The notes under the pieces: model-generated | The model's database searches: none | Told to the model about the DNA's origin: nothing | The model's input: only the letters and a program-made list of their open reading frames with translations | Made by a program: the position numbers and the translations under genes | Assembly: GCA_963727835.1 (NCBI GenBank) | Contig: CAVSIB010000007.1 | Span: forward strand, 4,429-68,428 | Direction: 5' to 3' | Source of the DNA: an uncultured delta proteobacterium | GTDB lineage: Bacteria > Desulfobacterota > WTBG01 > JAGOGO01 | DNA length: 64,000 nt | Part shown: piece by piece, positions 41,035 to 51,125 of the stretch | Layout: the number at the start of each line of letters is the position of its first letter | Position numbering within the stretch: the first letter of the stretch is position 1

Positions 41035-44000
41035 ATGAGCGCTTACGACTCAATCCGGATTACCGGCGCGAAGCAGAATAATTTAAAAAACCTGAACCTT
41101 GAAATCCCCCTCTTTAAGATCATTGCCATTACCGGGGTAAGCGGCTCAGGAAAGTCATCCCTCGCCCTCGATACCATCTATGCCGAAGGGCAAAGAAGGT
41201 ATGTGGAGACCTTTTCCCCCTATGCCCGCCAGTTTATGGATCGGATGGATAAACCCCATGTGGATAAAATCGAAGGGATTCCTCCGGCAATCGCCATTGA
41301 CAGCAAAAACCTGGTTAAAACTTCCCGCTCCACCGTGGGCACCATGACCGAAATCACTGACTTCTGCAAGCTCCTTTTTGCTAAAATGGCGCGTCTTTAC
41401 TGCCCTACCTGCGGAAGAACAGTGGGGAAGGATACCGCGTTCACCATCTGGGAGAGTCTCCTGACTCGGAGGGAAGGAACAGAATTTATCATCGCGTTCC
41501 CAATGAAATTCAATGGACTTAACCGGGACGACGTAGAAACCTATCTTTCGGGCATGGGGTTTTCACGCGCCTATCATAACAACGAAATCCTTCCGCTCAG
41601 CCAGGTGCTCAAGAAAGCCAAAAAAGAAGTTCTCATGGTGATGGACCGCCTGACCCTGAAAACAGGGGCAAAAAAAAGGATCATTGATTCGCTCGAAGGA
41701 GCGCTTAAGTTTGGCGGAGGACATTGCTCTATTATTTTTCCGGGACAGGATGTTTTAAAATTCAGTGCTGAGTTTCACTGCCCCTATTGCGACCTCAATT
41801 ACCAGGACCCGGTCCCCAATCTTTTTTCTTTTAATAGCCCGTTAGGGGCGTGCGAAACCTGCCGCGGATTTGGAAGGGTTATTGACTTTGACCTCGACCT
41901 GGTTATCCCGGATAAGACCAAATCATTACGAGAAGGAGCGGTTAAACCCTGGAAGCCTGAACCCGGACGAATCGAGTTTGACGACCTGATGAAATTTTGC
42001 CGCGGCCGGAAAATTTCGATTACTATCCCGTTTAAAGATTTAAAGGAAAAAGATCAGCAGGACATCATCAACGGAACCTCTGAATATTACGGAATCCGGG
42101 GCTTCTTTGAATGGCTGGAGACCAAAAAATATAAGATGCACGTTCGGGTCTTTCTTTCCCGCTACCGAAGCTATCGTGAGTGCCCAGCGTGTCATGGTAC
42201 GCGATTCAAAAAAGAAGTACTCACCTGGAAGGTGGAAGAAAAAAACATCGGCGAGCTTTACCGGATGAGTGCTGCTCAAGCGCATGATTTTTTTACCCGC
42301 CTTAAGGCCAACGAGGACAAGATCAGTGAGACAATTCTTCAGGAGATCAAAAACCGCCTCCTTTACCTGATTGATGTCGGGCTTGGGTATCTTTCCTTAG
42401 ACCGCCAGTCTCGCACCCTTTCGGGCGGTGAAGTGGAACGGGTGAATCTCACCACCATCTTGGGCTCGTCGCTTGCCCATACCCTTTACATCCTCGATGA
42501 ACCGAGCATTGGACTTCACCCCCGTGACAACCTCCGCTTAATGAATATCCTCCATCACATTAAAAAAAATAACAACACCGTGCTGGTGGTGGAGCATGAT
42601 CCGGAAATCATCAAGAACAGCGACTACATCCTTGACCTCGGGCCGGGCGCGGGCGAGAAGGGAGGAGCATTAGTCTATTTCGGAAAAGCGCAGGGAATAA
42701 TACGAGCCAAGGACTCCCTTACCGGGCAATACCTCTCCGGAGCGCTGAAAATTTCTCTCCCCAAAAAAAGGAGAAGCCTTCGGAAAACCAACACGATCCA
42801 GATCACCGGAGCAAGCGAGCACAACCTCAAGAACCTCGACTGCGAAATTCCTCTGGGAATGTTGGTGTGCGTAACCGGTGTTTCGGGTTCAGGAAAAAGC
42901 ACCCTGATTGAAGAGATCCTTTACCGCGGCATAAAGCGGGAGAAAGGTGCGTTTGAGGAAAAACCAGGCGCGTTTACCGGTATAAAAGGAGCTGAGCTGA
43001 TTCGCGAGGTCATGCTGGTTAACCAAAAGCCCATCAGCGGAACCCCGCGCTCAAACCCCCTGACCTATCTCAAAGCGGTTGATCCCATCCGCGCTCTTTT
43101 TGCCCGCACCCCGCTCGCTCAGGAGCGGGGATACACGAGCTCAGCGTTTTCCTTTAATGTCGAAGGCGGAAGATGCGAGACCTGTAAAGGGGCCGGGTAT
43201 GAAAAAACCGAAATGCAGTTTTTAGCCGATATCTACATCACCTGCCCGGACTGTCAGGGAAAAAGGTTCAAACCGGAAATTTTGGAAGTCACCATTCAGG
43301 GAAAAAATCTCGCGGAGGTATTGAGCCTCACGGTGGATGAGGCAATGGAGTTTTTCAAAAACCTGCCCAAGGTAATTGTTCCTTTAAGAGTCCTCACCGA
43401 TATTGGTTTGGGTTACCTCAGGCTGGGCCAACCGCTCAACACCCTCTCTGGAGGAGAAGCCCAGCGGCTCAAATTGGCGAAACAGATCAGCGCTCCGAAA
43501 GCAAAAAATATCCTTTTTATTTTTGATGAGCCAACCATCGGTCTTCACTGTGATGACATCGCCAAGCTCATCACGACTCTCCAGGGTTTAGTGGAAAAGG
43601 GAAACTCCATCGTTATTGTGGAACATAACCTCGAGGTCATTAAATGCGCTGACCATATCGTTGACTTGGGACCCGAAGGAGGTGAGGCCGGAGGCTATCT
43701 CGTGGCTGCGGGCACTCCTGAAGAAGTTGCCGCGTGTTCCCAGTCCTGGACCGGAAAATTTCTGAAAGACATTCTCAAACCGGGTGACTCAAAGCTTCAC
43801 GAGAAAAAACTTCGTGCGGTCGCTAAAAAAGACGACAAGCCTTCTGCCGAGGAAATCCGGATTATGGGCGCACGGGAACACAACCTCAAAAACATCAAGG
43901 TAACCATCCCCCGGGGGAAAATGGTGGTCATCACCGGAATGAGCGGCTCAGGCAAATCCACGCTTGCTTTTGACATCCTGTTCGCGGAAGGCCAGCGCCG

Positions 44001-46395
44001 TTACCTCGAAAGCCTTACCCCTTATGTCCGGCAGTATCTTAAGATCATGGATAAACCCAATGTTGACTTAGTCACCGGAATCCCTCCCACCGTGGCGATC
44101 GAACAGCGGATGTACCGGGAAGGGAAAAGGTCAATTGTTGCCACCTTGACGGAAATCTACCACTTCCTCCGCCTTCTCTACAGCAAGCTCGGCACCCAGC
44201 ACTGCCCTTCATGCGATCAGCCGATCACGCTTCAGAGCGTGGAGCAAATTGCGCGAAATGTGCGGCAATTGTTTCGGGGAGAACAGGTTTCTTTCTTTGC
44301 CCCCAAGGTCTTCGGAAGAAAAGGGTTCCATAAAGATATTTTCACCCAGGCCCTGAAAAAGGGCTATTCCCAAGCCCGCATTGATGGAAAAAACATTGAT
44401 CTTAGCAAGCCTCCGGCTTTAAGCCGTTACCAGGAGCATGCGGTTGACATCCTCATCGCACAGCAGGATATCTCTTCAGGGGCAGCGTTACCTTGGATGA
44501 GATCATTCGAGAAAGCCTCCAGCAGGGAAAGGGTACTTTTTTTGCTGTCAGTGCTGAGGGTAAGCAAAAGCGGTATAGTGATACGTTGTTTTGCCCCCGC
44601 TGCCTCCAGAGCTTTGAACCGCTCGACCCGCGCTTATTTTCCTTTAACAGCAAACACGGCGCCTGCCCCCGCTGTGCGGGAATGGGTTTTATTACCGAGT
44701 CTGATCATTACTCACAAGAATTCTTTTATGATCAGTTCGTCGAAGAAACGGATATGCCGCCTGACGTTAACGAAATGGAGTGCCCGGCCTGCAAGGGAAA
44801 AAGACTTAAGGCTAATGCGCTGGCCGTCAAGGTAAAGGGCTGGGGGATCTGGGATGTGGCGTCGCTTTCGGTTGCTCAAGCGGAGAAGTTTTTTCGCACC
44901 ATCTCCTTTTCTTCTCAGGAACAGGCAATCGGCACCACCATTGTCCGGGAGATTAACACCCGCCTTGCCTTTCTTCTCAAAGTTGGTCTTCCCTATCTCA
45001 CCCTCAATCGCCGCGGAGATACACTCTCCGGAGGTGAGTCTCAAAGGATTCGTTTAGCCGCTCAGCTCGGCTCGAATCTGCGCGGGGCCTGTTATATTCT
45101 GGATGAGCCAACAATCGGGCTTCACCCCCGCGATAACCAGATGCTGGTCCAAACCTTGAAAGAGTTAAAAAATCTAGGTAATAGCTTGGTGGTGGTGGAA
45201 CACGATGAAGAGACCATTCGGCACGGTGATTTTATTATTGACTTAGGCCCCGGAGGAGGAATTCAAGGAGGTGAAGTAATCGCCTCCGGAACACTCAAAA
45301 CACTTTTAAACACTCCTCACTCAATCACCGGACAATTCTTAAAAAATCACAACCGGAGAATCATTACCTCGCGGAAGCGCTCGCCGGATAAATGGCTTCT
45401 GGTTAAAGGCGCCCGAGAACATAACCTTAAAAATATCGAGATCGCCCTTCCCCTCGGAACCTTAACCTGCGTTACCGGTGTCTCCGGAGCAGGAAAGTCA
45501 ACGCTCTTAAAAGGAGTCATCTTAGGAGGTGTTAAAAATCACCTCCTGGGCGTAAAAGAAAACAACCCGGCTTTCTCCGCTTTATCCGGGTGGGAACATC
45601 TTGACCGGGTGCTTGATGTTGACCACTCACCCATCGGCCGTACTCCCCGCTCAACTCCCGCAACCTACGTGGGCTTCTATGATGATATCCGGAGACTCTT
45701 TTCCCTTATCCCTGATGCCCGGATGCGGGGATATAATCCCGGACGGTTTTCCTTCAATGTGAAAGGAGGGCGGTGCGAAGCCTGCGCTGGTCAGGGGAAA
45801 AAGAGGATCGAGATGAGCTTTCTCCCGGATGTGTATGTGGACTGTGAGGTCTGCGCGGGAACACGGTTTAATGACGAGACATTACACATTAACTACAAAG
45901 GCAAGACAATTTCCGAAGTGCTCAACCTGACCATGAAAGAAGCCGCGGATTTCTTTTCTCCCATTCCCGCCATCGCCAGGCCTTTAAAGATCATCACCGA
46001 TATGGGCCTTGACTACCTCACCCTGGGCCAGCCCAGCCCCACCCTTTCCGGCGGAGAGGCCCAGCGGATTAAACTCGCTTATCGAATTCTCCCGCCCCGC
46101 GCAGGGAAAGACATTGTATATCCTCGATGAACCCACCACCGGTCTTCACTTCGCGGACATTGAAAAACTCTTAAGCGTACTCCACGGACTGGTAGATAAA
46201 GGAAATACAGTAGCCATTATCGAACATAACCTCGACATTATCCGGGCCGCCGACCATATCATTGACCTCGGACCGGAAGGAGGAGACCAAGGCGGCTACG
46301 TCGTGGCAACCGGCGCTCCCCAGGAAATTTTAAAGCACACTCATACCTCCTACACCGCCCAGTTTCTCAAAAAATACCTCGAAGGAAAAAAATAA
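41035..46395 (+). CDS. uvrA: Double-length (tandem) UvrA, about 1790 aa, with frameshifts near 44490 and 46080
   Basis: Four Walker A blocks ([36 protein letters not shown]), four LSGGE signatures and Zn fingers. Confidence 0.92.
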
Positions 46396-46470
46396 AGAAC
46401 GATCATTCATCATAAATTCAAGACCCTGCCCTCATTGGTTTAACCTTAAAGTAAATCCCCTTGAACCGGC

Positions 46471-46498
46471 TTGCCTTTTCAAATTTTTTTGGTATAAT
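46471..46498 (+). promoter_or_regulatory. Putative sigma-70 promoter
   Basis: TTGCCT-N16-TATAAT with extended TG. Confidence 0.5.
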
Positions 46499-46520
46499 AG
46501 TAAAGAAATCGCTTGAATTC

Positions 46521-46650
46521 GACTATCCCCGCTCACAGAACGGGGCATTACGCCGAATTCATGGCTAACGCCACCGCGATTTCTTTAATTCAAAAAGACA
46601 AACCATTCATCCCCGTCCACAGGACGGGATATTCGGTTAGGTTTTCATAA
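46521..46650. mobile_element. Short palindrome-bounded element resembling IS200/IS605 ends (non-autonomous)
   Basis: Related hairpins ATCCCCGCTCACAGAACGGGGCATT and ATCCCCGTCCACAGGACGGGATATT about 85 bp apart, no ORF. Confidence 0.55.
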
Positions 46651-46704
46651 AAAGGAAAGTTTAAACGTTTCCAGGCATGCAGACAAAAAGAAAGGAAGGC
46701 GCTC

Positions 46705-46890
46705 ATGCCGCAGATTGAACTAACTCCTCAAGAGGCGGAAATGCTGCGGGACATTCTGCTGAGATACCTCCCTGAGCTTCGGCGGGAAATTGCGGATACG
46801 GATAAAAAAGAATTCAGGCGGTTTCTCCAAAGAATGGAAGTTTTTATGGATGATTTCATCCAACGTCTGCAGCAGAAATTTGCCGCTTGA
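46705..46890 (+). CDS. Small helical hypothetical protein (61 aa)
   Basis: Strong RBS (GAAAGGAAGG); amphipathic sequence. Confidence 0.65.
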   Translation: MPQIELTPQEAEMLRDILLRYLPELRREIADTDKKEFRRFLQRMEVFMDDFIQRLQQKFAA

Positions 46891-47027
46891 GAAAGGAGCT
46901 TATTTAGGTATAATTTTTTCTCTCGTGGTTAGAATAGTGCTTGGGTGTAGAAAAATTCAACACCTCAAGTAAATGTATAGTCCCTATCCTTAAACTAATA
47001 AAACTAAATTTCCCCAATAAGTTTGAT

Positions 47028-47360
47028 TTAACCGCCCAATTCCCGGGGAGTTTTGCGGACAAGCTCTTCCATTAAATCCATCTGAATCTGTTGAATCTCT
47101 ACCAGCCGTTGCCATTGTTGCGCCAGAAGGTAATCTATATTTTCATTTAAATGACGAATCTTCAGTTCGGCCTTGAGGTTTACTTGCTAATCATGTTCGG
47201 ATCGCAGGCGGTCTTTAGCTTCTTGCCGGTTCTGGCTCATCATAATGGTCGGCGCCTAAAGAGCAGACACGCAGGAATGAACGAGGTTGAGAAGAATAAA
47301 AGGATAAGGGTCAAAAGGTTTCCGGAGTAGAACAAGTTGTATTGTTCAATGATCCTATAC
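47028..47360 (-). pseudogene. DUF1003 membrane protein, 3' fragment with stops
   Basis: Minus-strand translation KPFDPYPFILLNL..S...*APTIMMSQNRQEAKDRLRSEHD*QVNLKAEL.IRHLNE.IDYLL..QWQRLVEIQQIQ. Confidence 0.8.
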
Positions 47361-47525
47361 CTTGGAATTTTAGATAAGTTGGTGAAGGTCCTGAAAATAA
47401 ATCATTTTCTGCCTCAGAATACAGGAATCGGCCAATTCATTATTTATTTTTTAGGGGATATTTTATCAACATAGTTTATTCCTTATCCTTCAAAAAGCAA
47501 AAAGATTTATTAATATAAATGGCAA

Positions 47526-47557
47526 CATTAAACCAGCAAGTGCAACGTAAGAGGAAA
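47526..47557 (+). repeat. 32-bp direct repeat, copy 1
   Basis: CATTAAACCAGCAAGTGCAACGTAAGAGGAAA, identical to 48537-48568. Confidence 0.95.
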
Positions 47558-47795
47558 AGACCTCTGCTGGGGTTTTAAAGTTTAAACATTTTCTTGGTTT
47601 ATTATTCAAAAGGTTTTCGATTGTTTTCAGCTCAGAAGGGCTGATTATAGCAAAATCGGTTCTTTTTGGGAAAAAGAAAGCCCATTAGATGGTCAATATT
47701 TATTTTTTTTCAAAATAAGGGCTAGTAATAGAGGCGCTACATAATTTCTAAGTCTGAAATTCTAGAAAAACATTATCTAAGAAAGGGGAAATTTC

Positions 47796-48484
47796 ATGAA
47801 ATGTTGTATCAGGATTGCACTTGTTCTTTTCATGTCTTTAACCCTCTATCAGCGACTTCGCATTCCCTGAATACTCACAAGCAGATCACTCGAATGGCGG
47901 AACAGGTGGCCATGGTGGTCATCAGGGCGGAACAGGTGGCCATGGTGGTCATCAGGGCGGAACAGGTGGCCATGGCGGTCATCAGGGCGGAACAGGCGGC
48001 CATGGTGGTCATCAGGGCGGAACAGGTGGCCATGGTGGTCATCAGGGTGGGAACAGGTGGCCATGGTGGTCATCAGGCGGAGAGGTGGCCATGGTGGCGA
48101 CACCAGGCGGAGAGGTGGCCAGCGGCCATCAGGGCGGAGGACATGGGCATGGATACGGTCATCAGGGCGAAGGACATGGGCATGGATACGGTCATCATGG
48201 TCCGTATGGCCACCATCATTATGGTTGGCGCGGATATCACGGGGGGTATTATTATTACGGCGGATGGGCATATAGAGACGGTTCCTCTATGACATCAATT
48301 CTAAGGTAGAAAGTTCAATCGTCATCGGCGTGCCTTTCTTCTGGGCGGCACAAGGAGTATTATATACTGCCGCAGGAAAACGGGAGCTATAGATACGGGC
48401 CGGCGATAGATGGTCCTTGGACCGATAGGCAAGCCTCCGATGATAATTCCGATTAAGAATAATAATTACCGAGGGACAATCTAA
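47796..48484 (+). CDS. Putative secreted Gly/His-rich repeat protein (frameshifted; 3' end uncertain)
   Basis: RBS AGGGG, MKCCIRIALVLFMSLT signal-like start, (GGTGGHGGHQ)n, then GHGHGYGH repeats and a Tyr/Gly/Trp-rich segment. Confidence 0.6.
47896..48200 (+). repeat. 30-bp coding tandem repeat
   Basis: GGCGGAACAGGTGGCCATGGTGGTCATCAG about 6 times plus 2 degenerate copies, then 2 copies of GGACATGGGCATGGATACGGTCAT. Confidence 0.95.
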
Positions 48485-48490
48485 GCAAAC

Positions 48491-48517
48491 AGGAGCGCAT
48501 ATGAAATATGCGCTCCT
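48491..48517. terminator. Perfect 12-bp hairpin after the Gly/His gene
   Basis: AGGAGCGCATAT-GAA-ATATGCGCTCCT. Confidence 0.6.
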
Positions 48518-48536
48518 CAATAATCTTAAAAAGCAG

Positions 48537-48568
48537 CATTAAACCAGCAAGTGCAACGTAAGAGGAAA
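48537..48568 (+). repeat. 32-bp direct repeat, copy 2
   Basis: Identical to 47526-47557; sits at the DUF1003 breakpoint. Confidence 0.95.
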
Positions 48569-48738
48569 TGATTGGGGTCAGAACGACAGATAAATCCCTC
48601 AGCAAACCAATCAGGATACTTCTTCTGGAGCATCGCCACAATCGAAGGGCGGACAAGTTCTCCAGACAAAACCTCGTTTAGCTTTTTCTTTTCTTTGCAG
48701 ATCTGACAGACCACCATCTCGTGTGGTTTGCGAATCAT
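48569..48738 (-). pseudogene. DUF1003 protein, 5' fragment
   Basis: VVCQICKEKK..ELVRPSIV..LQKKYPDW..EGFIC..D.NHF resembles the N-terminal Cys region of this family; RBS GGAGG. Confidence 0.65.
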
Positions 48739-48763
48739 TTCTTCCTCCTTTCAAGGGCGCCCA

Positions 48764-50188
48764 TCAGGAGTGCGGCGATTCCTTCAAAAGCGTTTCCGTA
48801 ATCCCCTCGTAATCACCACCAAAATGATGCCCTCCTTTAAGAGTAATGATCTTCGCCAGGCTGGTATCCATTTTGTGGCACAGGGAATCGGTTTCTTGAT
48901 CTCCGCAGAAACAGAGAATTTTTTTGCCTTTAAGTTTCTCCACCTCCGGGAAAACAGGCCGGGCGTTGCTCCCAGCAGAACCCCCCAACCAGTAAGAAAG
49001 GTGAAATTCAAAGTCAATCTTTTCATCCGGGCCAAGGAGAGCGATAAGCGATACGTGGTCGAGTACCTCACGCGGTAAACGGTTAGCCATAAAGGGAAGA
49101 ACATCTGCGCCAAGAGAATACCCGATGAGGATGGCGCGTTCTTTTCCCCAGTGTACAAGATAGTGGCTGATAATCCTTTCCAAATCCCGGGAGGATTCTT
49201 CAGGGGTACGCCGTTTCCAGAAATATTGAAGGGAGTTTAACCCCACTACCGGGACCCCTTTATGCGAGAGGGTATTCGCAATGTCTCGATCAATCCCTGC
49301 CCAGCCACCATCTCCGCTTATGATCACCGCCAGAACGTTATGAGCCCCGGGTTCTTTTGCGGGAACCTCAACCAGCGGGAGATCTTTTAATGATAACGGC
49401 TGAAGAGTTTTAACCGGCTTGTCGTTGGCTACCACGCGAAGAAATGTAGGCTTCACCTGCGGCATCCACTTTGGAGGGTCACAAAATCCGTGGCCAACTG
49501 TGGGCAGCATAATGATTTCTCCTCCTTTTACCTGCTTCACAAAGGTCGCGGTGATCGCCGGCGCACAAACCTGGTCAGTAATGCCTTGCAGAACAATCCA
49601 GGGAACCTGAAGATTCGTGGCCGGTAGAAATACATATCCCTTCTTGTGTGGCTCGGTCTTCCACTCCAGACCATATCCTCGACAAAGAGGCTTGTGCAAA
49701 GCAACAAGGTCAGGGCAAAAGTCAGGGCAAAAACCCAGACTGATCGCGCCGCAAAAGGTATTCGGTGGAGCCTGCGCCAGGATCGCATACACTAATGTTG
49801 CGCCCGAAGAATAACCAATCAGGACCGGTATCACGTACTGGGGCCAGTTAAGCTTTTTTTGAATAAACTTGCTCAGCATTTCCAGATCGGCAGCAGGATA
49901 AGCACAGCCATTGCCTGATTTTTCCAGTTCCTTGAGATAATAGTTAATATCAATCACCACCACAAGCGTATCCAGTTCAGCAAACGCGTGCGCCATGTCA
50001 ACCATCCGCTGTTCACATCCTCCGCCATCCCCGGACATAAAAAGGGCAATATGGGAAGGCTGGGGTGAGGTCCGAACAAGGTGGACCGTGCCGAAGCGAC
50101 CGAATTGCACGGTCTCTTCTTCAGCACGGGCTGTGGTAATCATTCCTACCATCATGATAACAAGCATAAATAACACTATCTTTTTCAT
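48764..50188 (-). CDS. AcvB/VirJ-family lysyl-phosphatidylglycerol hydrolase (two alpha/beta hydrolase modules)
   Basis: SGDGG twice, GYSSGAT, GYSLGADVLPF, GGHHFGGDY; signal peptide. Confidence 0.9.
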   Translation of the reverse strand: MKKIVLFMLVIMMVGMITTARAEEETVQFGRFGTVHLVRTSPQPSHIALFMSGDGGGCEQRMVDMAHAFAELDTLVVVIDINYYLKELEKSGNGCAYPAADLEMLSKFIQKKLNWPQYVIPVLIGYSSGATLVYAILAQAPPNTFCGAISLGFCPDFCPDLVALHKPLCRGYGLEWKTEPHKKGYVFLPATNLQVPWIVLQGITDQVCAPAITATFVKQVKGGEIIMLPTVGHGFCDPPKWMPQVKPTFLRVVANDKPVKTLQPLSLKDLPLVEVPAKEPGAHNVLAVIISGDGGWAGIDRDIANTLSHKGVPVVGLNSLQYFWKRRTPEESSRDLERIISHYLVHWGKERAILIGYSLGADVLPFMANRLPREVLDHVSLIALLGPDEKIDFEFHLSYWLGGSAGSNARPVFPEVEKLKGKKILCFCGDQETDSLCHKMDTSLAKIITLKGGHHFGGDYEGITETLLKESPHS

Positions 50189-50345
50189 CTGCCTTTACTC
50201 CTTGTCTGCTCCGGTAATTAAATGAGGTCCAGAAAATTTTTCTCGTCCGACTCCTTCATTGCCTGATCAGGAGCAAAGGCAACGGCCTTGCTGCTTCTGC
50301 GGACAATTGCGGGTGACATTTCAACCGGGGAGAGATTTTTTAATG

Positions 50346-51125
50346 TTATTGATTCGCTTTCTCTCGGTTGGATTGTCTTATCCTTGTCACTATCCGGAGA
50401 AAGGCCTTCTTAAATTGGGGCATCCAGTTTTTGGGTACTGAAAATCCATGACCAACTTTTGGCAGTATGACGATTTCTCCGCCTTTAACCTTCTTCACAT
50501 AGTCTTCAGTGGAAGCAGGGTCGCAGACCTGGTCAATGGTACCTTGCAAGGCAATCCAAGGGTCCTGGAGATTGGTTGCGGGTAGGAAGATATACCCCTT
50601 GCCTTTTGGTCCTATCTCCCACTCAAGTCCGTGTCCTTTACAGAGCGGTTTTGTCAACAACAGATCCGGACAGAATCCCAAGCTGATAGCCCCGCAAAAG
50701 GTGGCGGGAGGAGCTTGCGCTAAGACAGCATAAACTAATGTCGCTCCTGATGAGTAACCTACCAGCACCGGCACGATGGAGCGGGGAAAATTGAGCTTTT
50801 TCTGGACAAATTTGCTGAGCATCTCAAAGTCAGCCGCCGGGTTTGAACAGGGTTCACCGGACTTTCCTAATTCCCGAAGAAAGTGAATAATGTCTATACC
50901 CACCACAAGGGCATTAAGGGTAGCAAGCTCTCTCGCCATATCCACCACCCCAAGGTTCCATCCTCCATCTCCGGATACAAAGAGCACAACGTGAGATGGT
51001 GGGGAGGACCCTTGATAAAGACTGACCTTGCCGAATCGTCCATATTCAAGAAAGGTTTCTTCTGCACGTGCGACATTGACCATACCCACAATAAGCACCA
51101 GAAAAACAAGAAAACCGCCTTTCAT
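50346..51125 (-). CDS. AcvB/VirJ paralog, N-terminal module only
   Basis: SGDGGWNLGV, GYSSGATLVY, GFCPDL, VGHGF; ATG overlaps the mprF stop. Confidence 0.85.
   Translation of the reverse strand: MKGGFLVFLVLIVGMVNVARAEETFLEYGRFGKVSLYQGSSPPSHVVLFVSGDGGWNLGVVDMARELATLNALVVGIDIIHFLRELGKSGEPCSNPAADFEMLSKFVQKKLNFPRSIVPVLVGYSSGATLVYAVLAQAPPATFCGAISLGFCPDLLLTKPLCKGHGLEWEIGPKGKGYIFLPATNLQDPWIALQGTIDQVCDPASTEDYVKKVKGGEIVILPKVGHGFSVPKNWMPQFKKAFLRIVTRIRQSNREKANQ

Noticed and set aside
47353-47364. TCCTATAC-CTTG as an IS91 oriIS end with its target
   Set aside because: It overlaps the decayed DUF1003 coding sequence and no IS91 transposase is present; probably chance.
47526-47557. The 32-bp repeat as a dif/pdif site
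   Set aside because: It does not fit the 11-6-11 XerC/XerD layout and matches the TTATGTTAAAT arm poorly.
47896-48200. 30-bp repeats as a CRISPR array
   Set aside because: The units are contiguous with no unique spacers, vary at synonymous positions, and no cas genes are present.
47801-48292. ORFs reading (AEQVAMVVIR)n or, on the minus strand, (PDDHHGHLFR)n
   Set aside because: These are alternative frames of the Gly/His repeat; the RBS, signal-like start and synonymous variation favour the GGTGGHGGHQ frame.
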